Shown here: in pieces, positions 37,843-47,798 of the stretch | Layout of the letters: every line of letters starts with the position of its first letter | How positions within the stretch are numbered: the first letter of the stretch is position 1 | Sequence record: PX880099.1 | Source of the DNA: a phage | DNA length: 64,000 nt | Reading direction: 5' to 3' (one strand) | The notes under the pieces: generated by a model | Database searches by the model: none | What the model saw: only the letters and a program-made list of their open reading frames with translations | Told to the model about the DNA's origin: nothing | Program-made: the position numbers and the translations under genes

Positions 37843-38055
37843 GCCTCCAAATAGTGTTTACAAATGACAAAACGCCATGTTTGTTTATAATAGTCTCTTT
37901 TTTCAAGAGCCTCTTTGTAAGAGGGTATACGTTGCGACAGAAGCATCCATTCACAATCTGCACCCATTCTTCCATAAAGCGCGTAACGGATGTTACTTTG
38001 TTTATCTCCCATAAATGCCTCCTTAATCTTGTTTACAAGTATACCCTCTAATTAG

Positions 38056-38253
38056 TTACACTTTTTCCCAAGTACCAAAAGCACAGGAAGGGTAGATTCC
38101 AACTTGAGGGTTTCCGTTATCATCTTTGAAAGTAAAACTGTTGTTGTCTTTATCAAGAACTGTAGAATAAATCTTACCAACAGTAACGCAGTTGGAAGCT
38201 TGACCCAGTTCAGTAAGAGTAAGACATTTCATTTTCTGTTTCTTTGTAGCCAT
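38056..38253 (-). CDS. hypothetical small protein
   Basis: 65 aa; SD GGAGA before ATG. Confidence 0.45.
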   Translation of the reverse strand: MATKKQKMKCLTLTELGQASNCVTVGKIYSTVLDKDNNSFTFKDDNGNPQVGIYPSCAFGTWEKV

Positions 38254-38335
38254 TTATAAAGTCTCCTTAGTAAGTGAATCTTTATTCTCCACAAAGAGCT
38301 TTGCACATGTCAAGTAACTCTTTGTGAGATTAATC

Positions 38336-38605
38336 TTAATGATTGATGATGTTGATGACGATCTTAGTTTCAACCTTAGCCCAACAGGAATCTGCTTCAT
38401 TAAAACGACTATTTGCAATGTATTCTCCTGCACGAGAACCTGTTAAGCAAACTGCACCTGTATCTGTAGCTAAGTAGTAGTCCCGTTCTTGTTCATTTAC
38501 TTCTGAGTTGTAGTAATAGAAAACAGACATAGGTTCAATTTCAGATAAACGGTATAACTTTGGAACAGGGGATTTCTCGATAAACTCAACAGAAGTTTTA
38601 CTCAT
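38336..38605 (-). CDS. hypothetical protein
   Basis: 89 aa; SD AGGAGA before ATG. Confidence 0.45.
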   Translation of the reverse strand: MSKTSVEFIEKSPVPKLYRLSEIEPMSVFYYYNSEVNEQERDYYLATDTGAVCLTGSRAGEYIANSRFNEADSCWAKVETKIVINIINH

Positions 38606-38838
38606 TTGTTTTCTCCTAGATCTAAACTAATTAAGAAGTCACGAAGGATGATCATTTGTTCTGTAGACAATGATAATACACCTTCTCCATAAATATCACC
38701 AGACCATTCAGCAGTTAGATCTAGTGTACCAGTACCAGGAAACCAATCAATAGTGATCTGATTACCATTAGAGTCAGGTAGTATTTCACTGACTAACATA
38801 ACACACTCTCCTATTATTGTTCTTGATCTTACGATCAT
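38602..38838 (-). CDS. hypothetical protein
   Basis: 78 aa; SD AGGAGAG before ATG. Confidence 0.45.
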   Translation of the reverse strand: MIVRSRTIIGECVMLVSEILPDSNGNQITIDWFPGTGTLDLTAEWSGDIYGEGVLSLSTEQMIILRDFLISLDLGENK

Positions 38839-38968
38839 CTACCGATAAGAACAAGTACTTAAATCTCTGTTCTTCGAACATCTAACGATAGAGATTAATC
38901 TATTACATAATCTATACTCGCTATCGCTCGACCCTTCGGGGTTAGGGTAGCATATTTTTTGAAAAAAG

Positions 38969-39292
38969 TCAACACTTATTTTTGGTAAGTAGATAAATCA
39001 ATTGTTCACCTGCTTCTGGTGCATATAGTGCTTTAGTATCGAAGTCAAAGAAGTGAGTGACTCCTGTTACTTTGGATGCCTGAATAGATAATCGTGCAAG
39101 CTTAAGCAGATTATCCATTTCTGCAATCTTTGCACGAAACACTGCACGTGTAGCGTCAAAAGCTGCATGTGGCATGTATTTACGATTTAGACTACTACGT
39201 TTAAATTTACGATAATCTGCAATGATCTTGTTACGTTCTTTGTTCAAGTGCTTTACCAGTGCAGTGTATACATGTGGTTCTTTGTTAGCCAT
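38969..39292 (-). CDS. hypothetical protein
   Basis: Start set at ATG after SD GAGGAG (MANKEPH). Confidence 0.45.
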   Translation of the reverse strand: MANKEPHVYTALVKHLNKERNKIIADYRKFKRSSLNRKYMPHAAFDATRAVFRAKIAEMDNLLKLARLSIQASKVTGVTHFFDFDTKALYAPEAGEQLIYLLTKNKC

Positions 39293-39497
39293 TGTTAATC
39301 TCCTCTTCATATGTTGGTAGTGCATGGTATGCGATCACAGGTGCCAAGTCAAAATAAAAATGACCATTGATAACAGCTATCGTGCCATTGCGTGTTTTGT
39401 TAACTTCACAAAATCCCTTCTTGCCGTTTGCCATGATTACAAGCCACTCTCCGATAGGAACATCCTCGGTACCAGATACTTTAATCCATCCACTCAC
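39285..39497 (-). CDS. hypothetical small protein
   Basis: 70 aa. Confidence 0.45.
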   Translation of the reverse strand: MSGWIKVSGTEDVPIGEWLVIMANGKKGFCEVNKTRNGTIAVINGHFYFDLAPVIAYHALPTYEEEINNG

Positions 39498-39751
39498 TTT
39501 ACTTCCCCTTTGTAATCGGACACTATACCAGGTCTTACTTTTGCCTTAAGATGTTTCAACTCTACCATAGGAGTTGCCACTTGTATAGGGCTAACTTCAA
39601 CCTTGTAGATAGTATATTCATAAGTCGCATATTTACCGATGGAATGCAAATACTTAATTGCGTGTTCAGGGGAATCTGCTTCAACATACCCTAAATCTTT
39701 CGTAGTACGACCTTCGGTATCGCCTTCAGTGGTTACGTGATAAAGTGTCAT
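39494..39751 (-). CDS. hypothetical protein
   Basis: 85 aa; ATGA-type overlap. Confidence 0.45.
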   Translation of the reverse strand: MTLYHVTTEGDTEGRTTKDLGYVEADSPEHAIKYLHSIGKYATYEYTIYKVEVSPIQVATPMVELKHLKAKVRPGIVSDYKGEVK

Positions 39752-40071
39752 AAAACCTCCTTCTGGTTGGCTGCTTCAATCATAACGTTAAGAGTCTCCA
39801 TACCGCTTTCAACTGCTTGAGCAATCTCTTGGAACACTGTTTTCTTAAAGATGTATAAAGATCCTGCCTGTAAGCGTTGCACACAGCATAAGAGGGTTTG
39901 GTGATCCATAACAAAGTCTCCATAAGCACAATCAATTTTCCCTGTGATTGGGTTGTCTCGTGAGCGAGGATCGTATTCTAATGTGATATGCGTTACACCA
40001 GGTAAAGTAACAAACTGACAACGGATGTTGACACGTGGTGCAATTGACACGCTAAACAAACTGTTTGACAT
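39748..40071 (-). CDS. hypothetical protein
   Basis: 107 aa. Confidence 0.45.
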   Translation of the reverse strand: MSNSLFSVSIAPRVNIRCQFVTLPGVTHITLEYDPRSRDNPITGKIDCAYGDFVMDHQTLLCCVQRLQAGSLYIFKKTVFQEIAQAVESGMETLNVMIEAANQKEVL

Positions 40072-40214
40072 TTAAACCTCCTCGTAGTAAGGCAAAGTTT
40101 TGATCAGCTGTTCTGAAGTGCCATTCTCTGTCCATGTAACCCCGTTGTCAAGAGAAACATACCCTTTCTTATCGATAAATTTACGGAGACAACCAGTGAA
40201 CTTGTTTTTGTAGA

Positions 40215-40649
40215 TCATTTCTTCTTTCCTTTCTTTAATTTGTTGTGACCTTTACCCTTATAAAGCTTGTGATTACGAGCAGATGGGTTATTTTGGTTCT
40301 CCAGTCGGCTAACAGGTGTATTCCAAAGATTTCCTGCTACAAAAGATGCTGCCACAAGTTCTTCCAGGTATACAAAATCCAAAGCAGGTATCTTTGTTTC
40401 CCTCATCTTGCGTTCTACATTAGACAACACGCCTTCTTCCTTACTGTCTTCTTTTTCAATTACAGACCAACCCTCTTCCTGCCAAGCTTCCCCTCTGAAC
40501 CAAGTTTCCATGTTATAACCTTGTTCGTCGAGAATAACACCATCTCGCATCTCAAACCATTCACCACCGCAAAAATAACTGTGCTCAACACGTCTACCTT
40601 CCTTCATTGCTTCTTTAGCTTCGGTCCAAGTCAGTTTGATGTTTTGCAT
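40215..40649 (-). CDS. hypothetical protein with basic C-terminus; first gene of the - strand block
   Basis: 144 aa; ends KGKGHNKLKKGKKK; upstream region holds divergent promoters. Confidence 0.5.
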   Translation of the reverse strand: MQNIKLTWTEAKEAMKEGRRVEHSYFCGGEWFEMRDGVILDEQGYNMETWFRGEAWQEEGWSVIEKEDSKEEGVLSNVERKMRETKIPALDFVYLEELVAASFVAGNLWNTPVSRLENQNNPSARNHKLYKGKGHNKLKKGKKK

Positions 40650-40710
40650 TTGTTTTCTCCTCTTGTTTTGTATGAGTTGATCTTAACAGGACTAAAAAGC
40701 ATGTCAATAC

Positions 40711-40738
40711 TTGATCTGAAATTATTTTCAGGTATCAT
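40711..40738 (+). promoter_or_regulatory. sigma70-like promoter for the + strand block
   Basis: TTGATC-16 bp-TATCAT about 25 nt before the first + strand start in the divergent intergenic region. Confidence 0.35.
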
Positions 40739-40766
40739 ATATGAACATTAACAAGAGAGGTAGATG

Positions 40767-41057
40767 ATGAACATTACTTTAGCAACTAAGAATATTTCTG
40801 AGACAATTAACGGTTTTGGTGTCATTGTAGCCTTACACGGTAACAACGAGAAATGGTTGGCTTCTTTTGAAGAGGATCGTCAGCACAACATTATTTTAGA
40901 TGCTCCTATAAAAGTTATGCATATCGTTGGTGAAAGCAAAGTGCTCACTTCCTCCCGTTCAAAAGAACAAATTACAAATGAATTAGTAAAACTGCTTGAC
41001 AATGTTCTTAACATGTTTGATAATGCACCCATCGATACAAAACGTGTCTTAATGTGA
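40767..41057 (+). CDS. hypothetical protein
   Basis: SD GAGAGG before second ATG. Confidence 0.45.
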   Translation: MNITLATKNISETINGFGVIVALHGNNEKWLASFEEDRQHNIILDAPIKVMHIVGESKVLTSSRSKEQITNELVKLLDNVLNMFDNAPIDTKRVLM

Positions 41058-41069
41058 GAGGAGAACCAA

Positions 41070-41357
41070 ATGTATTATTCACAAAATGAAGTAGCAAACA
41101 TTAAACTGGCAGTTGGCGATCTTATTGTGTCACCTAACTACCATTGGGATAACACAGACTTGGTTGAAGTAGTAACTCATGTTGGGTTTGAGGGTGTTGT
41201 GCTCTACACCCTGGGTGGAGGTGTTGTTGGGGAAATGGAACGTTATACAACGACCAAGAAACTGGTAAGTTCTTATCGTATGTTCTTGCATCAAGGCTCA
41301 GAAGAGTATGCAACCTTCTTGTTGAAATTGGACGCAGATCGGGAGAAGGCACGATGA
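41070..41357 (+). CDS. hypothetical protein
   Basis: SD GAGGAGAA before ATG. Confidence 0.5.
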   Translation: MYYSQNEVANIKLAVGDLIVSPNYHWDNTDLVEVVTHVGFEGVVLYTLGGGVVGEMERYTTTKKLVSSYRMFLHQGSEEYATFLLKLDADREKAR

Positions 41358-41710
41358 AAATTGTACACGATGAAATTCAAATAGAAGAAAGTGACCTGAT
41401 GGATTTGGATGCAGCTTTGGGGAAGGTAATCTATGCAGGAATTAAAGCCTTCCGTGAGAAGGCAAACAATAGCACGTTTGTCATGATCCCCACTAAACTG
41501 ATGCGTGTTTTGTATCCAAATAGAAGTGCGCCGTATACAGATGAAGAAGAGGAGACAGGTAGAAGAGAGTGGTTAAATATTTTAGAAAAGATGGAGAATG
41601 CTTTTATTGATAGTGGTAATCCAGAAATCGTGTATACTGAAGATCAAAGGAAGGCACGGTTAGAGGGCCGTCTTTTATTCGCTAGTTATTTTGATAATCT
41701 TTGGAGCTAA
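41354..41710 (+). CDS. hypothetical protein
   Basis: 118 aa; ATGA overlap. Confidence 0.5.
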   Translation: MKIVHDEIQIEESDLMDLDAALGKVIYAGIKAFREKANNSTFVMIPTKLMRVLYPNRSAPYTDEEEETGRREWLNILEKMENAFIDSGNPEIVYTEDQRKARLEGRLLFASYFDNLWS

Positions 41711-41712
41711 AT

Positions 41713-41889
41713 ATGTCTGAATTCTTCACAATGGCTTTCTTAGGGATCTATCTGATTATTAGTGCTGTTGGCTTAATCATGTCTCTAATAGAGGAAATGG
41801 GAATTAAGTGGAATTGTGCATTCGGTATAGCTCTTATGCTCACTCCGGTTTGGATCTACATCTGCAAAGCAGTTGAACTCATTGGTTAA
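41713..41889 (+). CDS. small membrane protein
   Basis: Start set at ATG after GGAG; two hydrophobic segments. Confidence 0.45.
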   Translation: MSEFFTMAFLGIYLIISAVGLIMSLIEEMGIKWNCAFGIALMLTPVWIYICKAVELIG

Positions 41890-41899
41890 TGGAGGTAAT

Positions 41900-42238
41900 A
41901 TGTTTAGTAAAGAAATGAGAGAGGTGATCGCTACTCTGGTAGTAGATCATGGTGTTGAAGTTGAGCGTCACGTTTGGAAAGATGAGCCTCCTTTCTTTGA
42001 TTTGGCATCACGGGCTAAAAGTCACATGTATCTCCTTGAAGATGATAAGGATTTTATTCTGCGTATGCGTTATGATCGAGAGTTTAGAATTCCTCTTGAC
42101 ACAGATCCTGATGATGTAGTATTGTGGTTGGCAGAGCATTTCGCATTTAACGCTCTACATGGAAGAAGTTTTGGTAATGAACGTTGGGATACCATTTGTC
42201 GTAAACATAATATTGAACCAGAATACGGGAGTATGTAA
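41900..42238 (+). CDS. hypothetical protein
   Basis: Start set at ATG after SD GGAGGT. Confidence 0.5.
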   Translation: MFSKEMREVIATLVVDHGVEVERHVWKDEPPFFDLASRAKSHMYLLEDDKDFILRMRYDREFRIPLDTDPDDVVLWLAEHFAFNALHGRSFGNERWDTICRKHNIEPEYGSM

Positions 42239-42489
42239 TGTTAAGTATCAAACCTAAAATGATTACTGAAGATCAAAAAGATTACATTTATAAATGTGGT
42301 CGGGTGTGGAAAGAATACACTAAAGGTAATGAAGTTATTGTAGTTACGGAACATGCTATTTCTTTATCAGATCTTTTTGGTGATTATTTGCAAGTCATTA
42401 AAATTGGTATTGACAGAGGTTTGGTGCAGGTGTTAACATTATCCCAAGTTGAAGCAGAACACTTAGACAAAATCATTGTCGAGTTCTAA
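42238..42489 (+). CDS. hypothetical protein
   Basis: 83 aa; overlapping start/stop with neighbour. Confidence 0.5.
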   Translation: MLSIKPKMITEDQKDYIYKCGRVWKEYTKGNEVIVVTEHAISLSDLFGDYLQVIKIGIDRGLVQVLTLSQVEAEHLDKIIVEF

Positions 42490-42502
42490 GAGGAGAAAGA
42501 AT

Positions 42503-42667
42503 ATGATCTCTTTAGAATCAATAGCTTTTAAGAAGGGGTATACCGCAGGGTTCAAGTTTGGTATGTTTAATAAAGTAAATCCATATTGTCCAATGACACA
42601 CAAAAAGGAATTCGAAGAATGGGAAGATGGATTTTCTAAAGGCTATCAGGCAAAAGGTTGGTTGTAA
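42503..42667 (+). CDS. hypothetical small protein
   Basis: Start set at ATG after SD AAGAGGAGAAAG. Confidence 0.45.
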   Translation: MISLESIAFKKGYTAGFKFGMFNKVNPYCPMTHKKEFEEWEDGFSKGYQAKGWL

Positions 42668-42676
42668 GGAGAGAAT

Positions 42677-42841
42677 ATGATTTTAAACTTCATCATCAAC
42701 TTGTGTTTGACATTGGGGTTACTCTGTGCAATAGTATCCCCTTTGGTTGGTGAATATTGTTCTGAACTGGCGATGTTTATAGTTCTTGGTGCGGCTATTG
42801 CTAATATGTTTGTCGCTGCGATTTGTATGTTGTGGGAATAG
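42677..42841 (+). CDS. small membrane protein (54 aa, below ORF-track cutoff)
   Basis: SD AAGGAGAG before ATG; two hydrophobic segments. Confidence 0.35.
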   Translation: MILNFIINLCLTLGLLCAIVSPLVGEYCSELAMFIVLGAAIANMFVAAICMLWE

Positions 42842-42852
42842 GAGGGAAGTTT

Positions 42853-43209
42853 ATGAAAAAACTAATCTTAGCCACATTGCTGGCTACCGTAAGCTTCACC
42901 ACTTACGCTCAAAAATTTGTAGCAGTTAAAACAGATATTGGTAAAGATGTTGTGATCACAGGCAACAAGTTTTACTATACACCTGGGAATGGTGTTCTAG
43001 AAGAGTGTAAAGATGTTGAGGCATATACGGGAAAAGAAGATAACACGGAACGTCCTTTTTATTCGATTATAGCTACTTGCAAAAATGAAATAGTAGCTAT
43101 TAAACAATACAAAGATGCCCCTGGAGGAGAATACTTATTAGTCAAGAATATTAAGAGTGAAAAAACTGCAAAGTTTACAGTAATTATTTTAAAAGGAGAA
43201 ACGTTCTAA
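42853..43209 (+). CDS. secreted protein (signal peptide)
   Basis: Start set at ATG after SD GGAGGGAAG; MKKLILATLLATVSFTTYA signal peptide. Confidence 0.5.
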   Translation: MKKLILATLLATVSFTTYAQKFVAVKTDIGKDVVITGNKFYYTPGNGVLEECKDVEAYTGKEDNTERPFYSIIATCKNEIVAIKQYKDAPGGEYLLVKNIKSEKTAKFTVIILKGETF

Positions 43210-44348
43210 TGAAATACACTATTTTTGGAGATGTAGCTGTTGTAAATAAGGAATATGGCGTTGAAGCTAATAAACTTCCTGCTGGAGTTTGGGTTGTCAA
43301 CTGCGATCCGCACGGTAACTACTCTTTAGTGCGTGGTGAAAGTTTCTCTCTTCCGAACACTCTTTATGGGGAAACTAAAGATCGCGCCGCACATGTTATT
43401 AAAACATTTGCTCGTCGTAGTAAAGAAGGTAAAAATACTGGGGTGTTACTGACAGGGACAAAAGGCAGTGGTAAGACGATGTTAGCTAAACTTATTAGCA
43501 TGTCTCTAATGTCCACAGAAGGTTTAGGTATTCCAACCATTTTGGTTACACAGCCTTACACAGATGCTGGCTTCTTAGAATTTATGAGTAAAATTACAGA
43601 TCGTGCTGTTGTTTTATTTGACGAATTTGATAAAGTGTACGCTAAGAAAGAAGATCAGGAAGCACTGTTGACCTTGTTGGATGGAACAGGAAGTGGGAAT
43701 AAACTTTACATCCTCACTAAAAATAGTGGTTATATCTCGGAATATTTTGTAAACCGTCCTAGTCGTATCTACTACAGTTTCAATTACGATAAACTGTCTA
43801 GTGAAACTATGTTAGATTACTTGGATAAGAACTTGGTAAATAAAAAGCACGTAGATAACTTCCAACGTTTATGGGATGTTAGCACAGAGTTGTCTTTCGA
43901 TGTTATTCAAGGCATTGTAGAAGAATTGAATTTCTATCCAAAAATGACTTTTAAAGAATGTCTTGAAATGATGGGTATTTCTTTAGGGAACGATGCTAAA
44001 TGGAATGTGGCTTCTATCGTAGCTAATGGCAAAACCTTGAAGGTGAATTGGATCAATAACTGGCACGACTTCACCCCTACTAAGTTTTTGTCGGGCGCTT
44101 GTTCCCTGAACATCTATCTACAAAGTTTGAAAGATGATGAAGTGGAAGCAATGGAAACCAACAGTTATGTTATCCTGGATGAAGATGGTGATCCACATAT
44201 TGATCTATGTGCAACGGCTGATGGTCTAACTTGTGATCTGATTGAAGGTGGTAAGATTCTGGTTATGAGCACTACACCAGGAAACACTTTGCGAGTGGTG
44301 CTGGAGCCTGTAACACAACGTTCCACTACACTTGGTAGCGTGTTCTAA
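43209..44348 (+). CDS. AAA+ family ATPase
   Basis: Walker A LLTGTKGSGKT; Walker B VVLFDEFDK. Confidence 0.65.
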   Translation: MKYTIFGDVAVVNKEYGVEANKLPAGVWVVNCDPHGNYSLVRGESFSLPNTLYGETKDRAAHVIKTFARRSKEGKNTGVLLTGTKGSGKTMLAKLISMSLMSTEGLGIPTILVTQPYTDAGFLEFMSKITDRAVVLFDEFDKVYAKKEDQEALLTLLDGTGSGNKLYILTKNSGYISEYFVNRPSRIYYSFNYDKLSSETMLDYLDKNLVNKKHVDNFQRLWDVSTELSFDVIQGIVEELNFYPKMTFKECLEMMGISLGNDAKWNVASIVANGKTLKVNWINNWHDFTPTKFLSGACSLNIYLQSLKDDEVEAMETNSYVILDEDGDPHIDLCATADGLTCDLIEGGKILVMSTTPGNTLRVVLEPVTQRSTTLGSVF

Positions 44349-44353
44349 TAAAG

Positions 44354-44380
44354 ATGCCCCGCAAGGGGCATTTGTTATGG
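44354..44380 (+). terminator. rho-independent terminator
   Basis: ATGCCCC-gcaa-GGGGCAT hairpin followed by TTGTTAT. Confidence 0.5.
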
Positions 44381-44438
44381 AGGGATTTTAGTTATTCTTT
44401 TGTTGTAGGCTCGCACTAATAGCTAAAGGGGGGGAGGT

Positions 44439-45899
44439 GTGCCAAAAATAGTCACTTGGGAACAATATAAAACAGATATAAAACAAGCTTATCAAGGTAA
44501 GTCTTGGACTGTTGTAGATTATATTGAGCCGTGGAACGGCAATAAAACTAAACTTAGATGCATCTGTGCTCTGCATGGAGAATGGAAAACAACAAGCATA
44601 AATACCGCTAAACTAGGGAGGGGTTGTCCAGAATGCGGTAGGGAGATTATAAGTAAAGCAGTATCTATAAACAAATCAAAAACCTGGGAGCAATATAAAG
44701 AAGAAGTGCAAACCACTTACAATCAGGCAGGTAAGTTTTGGACTGTTACAGGATGGCACGGAGAATGGAAAGGATGGAATACTAAACTGGTTTGTTGTTG
44801 TGCTTTACATGGGGAGTGGAGGTCTACTTCTATATCTTCTGCGAAAAACGGGAGTGGATGCAGGAAGTGTATGGGAGAAGCAAACAGAGAAAGAACATCG
44901 ATTGCATGGGAGCAATATAAAGAAGAAGTAGAAGAAGCTTATAAAGAAAAACCCTGGATTGTTAGAGGCTATGTGGAACCGTGGAACGGTTCCCGCACTA
45001 AGTTGATTTGTGAGTGTAAGGTTCATGGTCAATGGTGCACTACCACTGTAAACAGTGCTAAACAAGGGACTGGATGCTACAGTTGTCAAAGAGAAATGAC
45101 GAAACAAAGGAATACAATGGAGGATAAACAACATGTTGAAGATTTTATAAAAGCTTGTCCTGATAATGTAGAGCGTAAATATTATCGTAGCGATAGAGTA
45201 GATAGATTAGGTCGTCAGGTTTACTGGATTGTAGAATGTCCTATATGTGCAGAGGATGATTATTGTAAAGAAGGCTTATGCGATAATAAATTTGAGATGA
45301 AGATGAGTCATTTGAAAAGGGGTGGCCTTCCTTGCCGTTGTTCTAAATATTATCATTACACTCCTGAACAATGGGCCTACCGTATGACCAAAGCTTGCCA
45401 GGAACGAGGGGATCAATTTATAGGATTCATTGATAAGGTAAGCAATAACAGCAAGTTTAAATATCTATGTAGGGAGCATGGAGAGCAAACGATCACACCT
45501 ACCGATTATCTCAATGGGAAAGGTTGTCCAGGCTGTAAGAACAGAAATATGCAAGAATTTTACATCAATATTATTCTTGATGAGTACGGAGAAGACACGG
45601 GAGCTTACAAGTTGGGGATTGCAAAGGACAGTGATATCAGGATCAAAGGGCAGAATGCAAACAACAATTACTCTATGCGCCGTATAGCATTGTTCGATCT
45701 GCCGTCCTACCAAGCTTGCAGGGCGTTAGAGAGTAAGCTAAAGTCTAAGACTGATCAGATTCTACCGTCTATTGGCTGTGTAGAACGCTTGCACATGAAA
45801 GATGGTCATAGTGAAACCTTCCTGCGCGAGGATTTGGCTATCGTCTTAAGTGCTATCAACCAAGCAGGTGGAATAATGAGAGAGGAGGAAACATGTTAG
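44439..45899 (+). CDS. Cys-rich protein with three tandem zinc-ribbon-like repeats
   Basis: GTG start after G-rich SD; module W.G..TKL.C.C..HGEW.T.S......G.GC..C repeated three times, then a Cys/His-rich C-terminal domain. Confidence 0.55.
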   Translation: MPKIVTWEQYKTDIKQAYQGKSWTVVDYIEPWNGNKTKLRCICALHGEWKTTSINTAKLGRGCPECGREIISKAVSINKSKTWEQYKEEVQTTYNQAGKFWTVTGWHGEWKGWNTKLVCCCALHGEWRSTSISSAKNGSGCRKCMGEANRERTSIAWEQYKEEVEEAYKEKPWIVRGYVEPWNGSRTKLICECKVHGQWCTTTVNSAKQGTGCYSCQREMTKQRNTMEDKQHVEDFIKACPDNVERKYYRSDRVDRLGRQVYWIVECPICAEDDYCKEGLCDNKFEMKMSHLKRGGLPCRCSKYYHYTPEQWAYRMTKACQERGDQFIGFIDKVSNNSKFKYLCREHGEQTITPTDYLNGKGCPGCKNRNMQEFYINIILDEYGEDTGAYKLGIAKDSDIRIKGQNANNNYSMRRIALFDLPSYQACRALESKLKSKTDQILPSIGCVERLHMKDGHSETFLREDLAIVLSAINQAGGIMREEETC

Positions 45900-46258
45900 T
45901 TGACGTTCAAATTATGCGCAACGAAAGAATGGACTTCTTTGAAGCAGTAGAGAAACATCTGATCAGATGGGACTATGAATTTGTTCCTGCTGGATGTGGA
46001 CCAGTAGAGCATTTAGCGGAAGACGACGATGTATACATGATCATTCGTCAAGTGTACCAGACAGACCAGTGTGAAGAAACTCCCGAACTGATTTTGTTTG
46101 AGTGTAAAGATCTTGCAAAATATTTTGACTATGGCGGAAAAGAGGGTCATAATCTCTCCAGATACAATAAACGTCTACTTATCTTAGACTACATGCGGAA
46201 CAACAAACACAAACTCATCGACGCAGACGCAGTTTATGGCTACTGGTGGATGGACTAA
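45893..46258 (+). CDS. hypothetical protein
   Basis: 121 aa; SD GAGGAGGAAA before ATG. Confidence 0.5.
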   Translation: MLVDVQIMRNERMDFFEAVEKHLIRWDYEFVPAGCGPVEHLAEDDDVYMIIRQVYQTDQCEETPELILFECKDLAKYFDYGGKEGHNLSRYNKRLLILDYMRNNKHKLIDADAVYGYWWMD

Positions 46259-46271
46259 CAAAGGAGAAACT

Positions 46272-46451
46272 ATGGCACGTTTAGCAGATCATGAAATCTT
46301 TAAACCTATTCTGAACCACTATGATGAACTTAAAGCAGTGTTGGATTGTTATAGAGAGGATGAAGAACGTTTGGAAGTCAATCTTAAGATAGTTCTGATG
46401 AAAGCTTTTCAAGACGGGCAAGCTAAAGTTTTAGAAGGCATGAAAAAATGA
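46272..46451 (+). CDS. hypothetical small protein
   Basis: Start set at ATG after SD AAAGGAGA. Confidence 0.45.
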   Translation: MARLADHEIFKPILNHYDELKAVLDCYREDEERLEVNLKIVLMKAFQDGQAKVLEGMKK

Positions 46452-46990
46452 GAATAACTGATGAATATGTATTCTTCTTTTCACATAAAGATGTGTTTAG
46501 TAATTGGTATATTGCACCCTTTACAGAAACTGAACCAGGTTACAATGAGACTTTCTGTTGTGTTGAGCAATATATGATGTGGCGTAAGGCTTTGCTGTTC
46601 AAGGATCATGCGATTGCAGCAGCTATCCTTGATCACTCAACTATACGTGACAACGAGAGGAAACAAGCATACTACAAACGTATGGGTCGAGCGGTATCTG
46701 GTTTTAATAATGATATGTGGGAAGAGAACCGTGAGCGTATTGTTATGCGAGGCTTATGCTTGAAATATGTACAGAATCCAGATTTGTATGCAGACTTACA
46801 CCTTTACCAATACAAAACGTTTGTTGAAGCAAATCCTTACGATAAGGTTTACGGTATTGGAATGGGAATGTATGAACCAGGGGTGCTAAACCCTGCTACC
46901 TGGAAAGGGCAGAATCTTTTAGGCAAATATCATAATAAACTGATCGAAATACTTTTCCCAGACAAAATACCGCAAAGACGATATTTGTGA
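46448..46990 (+). CDS. NADAR-family (YbiA-like, DUF1768) protein
   Basis: FFFSHKDVFSNWY..FCCVEQYMMWRKA..RKQAYYKRMGR..YGIGMG resembles the NADAR/YbiA domain. Confidence 0.6.
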   Translation: MRITDEYVFFFSHKDVFSNWYIAPFTETEPGYNETFCCVEQYMMWRKALLFKDHAIAAAILDHSTIRDNERKQAYYKRMGRAVSGFNNDMWEENRERIVMRGLCLKYVQNPDLYADLHLYQYKTFVEANPYDKVYGIGMGMYEPGVLNPATWKGQNLLGKYHNKLIEILFPDKIPQRRYL

Positions 46991-47042
46991 TATTTTAACT
47001 TTTTTCATTTTTAGAACAAAGGTGTCACTTTGTAGCACAGAA

Positions 47043-47078
47043 ATAAGGCTCCTACAGCACCGTAGAGAGCCTGTTATT
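47043..47078 (+). terminator. rho-independent terminator
   Basis: GGCTCCTAC-agcacc-GTAGAGAGCC hairpin followed by TGTTATTTTG. Confidence 0.55.
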
Positions 47079-47234
47079 TTGTCCTATACAAACCCTTGTC
47101 TTTTTCAGTTTGCATCACTAGGATTCGATCTGAGTGGGTTCCTGAAGGTTTACCAATAAGATTAAAGGTTATATCAAATTCCCACTATCTTTTATCTCAA
47201 AAATCCCTCAAATTATTTAAACTTTTTAAGAATT

Positions 47235-47420
47235 TACAAAAGTGAAAGTTGAAAACCAAAATTTAAAGTTTAGGAAAATTATCTTAAAATGTTAGATACA
47301 AAACAAAACTCAAAAGTCAAGGAAAATTTTAAAAATTTTGCGCGCCCACAGTATTTAAAGTTTTTTTGCTTTTACAAAAATGAAAGTACAAAAGCAAAAT
47401 TTAAAGTTTACAAAAATTTT
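47235..47420. repeat. two copies of a ~46-bp AT-rich direct repeat
   Basis: TACAAAAgtGAAAGTtgaAAAccAAAATTTAAAGTTTAggAAAATT at 47235-47280 repeated with few changes at 47374-47420. Confidence 0.6.
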
Positions 47421-47461
47421 TATGCAGGTGAAAATGAGAAGAGTTCTCATATGGAAATGCA

Positions 47462-47480
47462 AATGATAATGATTCGCATT
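47462..47480. promoter_or_regulatory. Fur-box-like palindrome
   Basis: TGATAATgATTcgCA versus 7-1-7 consensus TGATAATnATTATCA; flanked by palindromic AAATGC..GCATTT. Confidence 0.3.
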
Positions 47481-47519
47481 TAAGTTTATAAATGAGATTG
47501 ATTCTTATTTAATAAGGTA

Positions 47520-47538
47520 AATGACAATCATTCTCATT
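47520..47538. promoter_or_regulatory. Fur-box-like palindrome
   Basis: TGAcAATcATTcTCA, two mismatches to 7-1-7 consensus. Confidence 0.3.
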
Positions 47539-47798
47539 TAGAGAATGACGCGCAGGGGCGGTGTTTGTCTCGCGCTCCCGTGTCCACTCGCCATGTAATA
47601 AGAATAACAGATCCAGCCAGGAAAGCAAGCGATTATTTTATCTTTACATTTCTTTACAAATATATAGCACCCAGCCTACCGGCGATCAACCTTCCAACCA
47701 GTGCCCCCTGGTATGTTAGCCCCGCCTTTACGCCGTGGGGTGGCGCTTCCTCTTCTGTATGTAAAACAGTATAAGCCCGATCCCTGGGCTTGTCAAGA

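Noticed and set aside
47100-47170. Possible tRNA near GGATTCGATCTGAGTGGGTTCC
   Set aside because: No acceptor stem pairing or cloverleaf could be folded; only a superficial resemblance to a T-arm motif.
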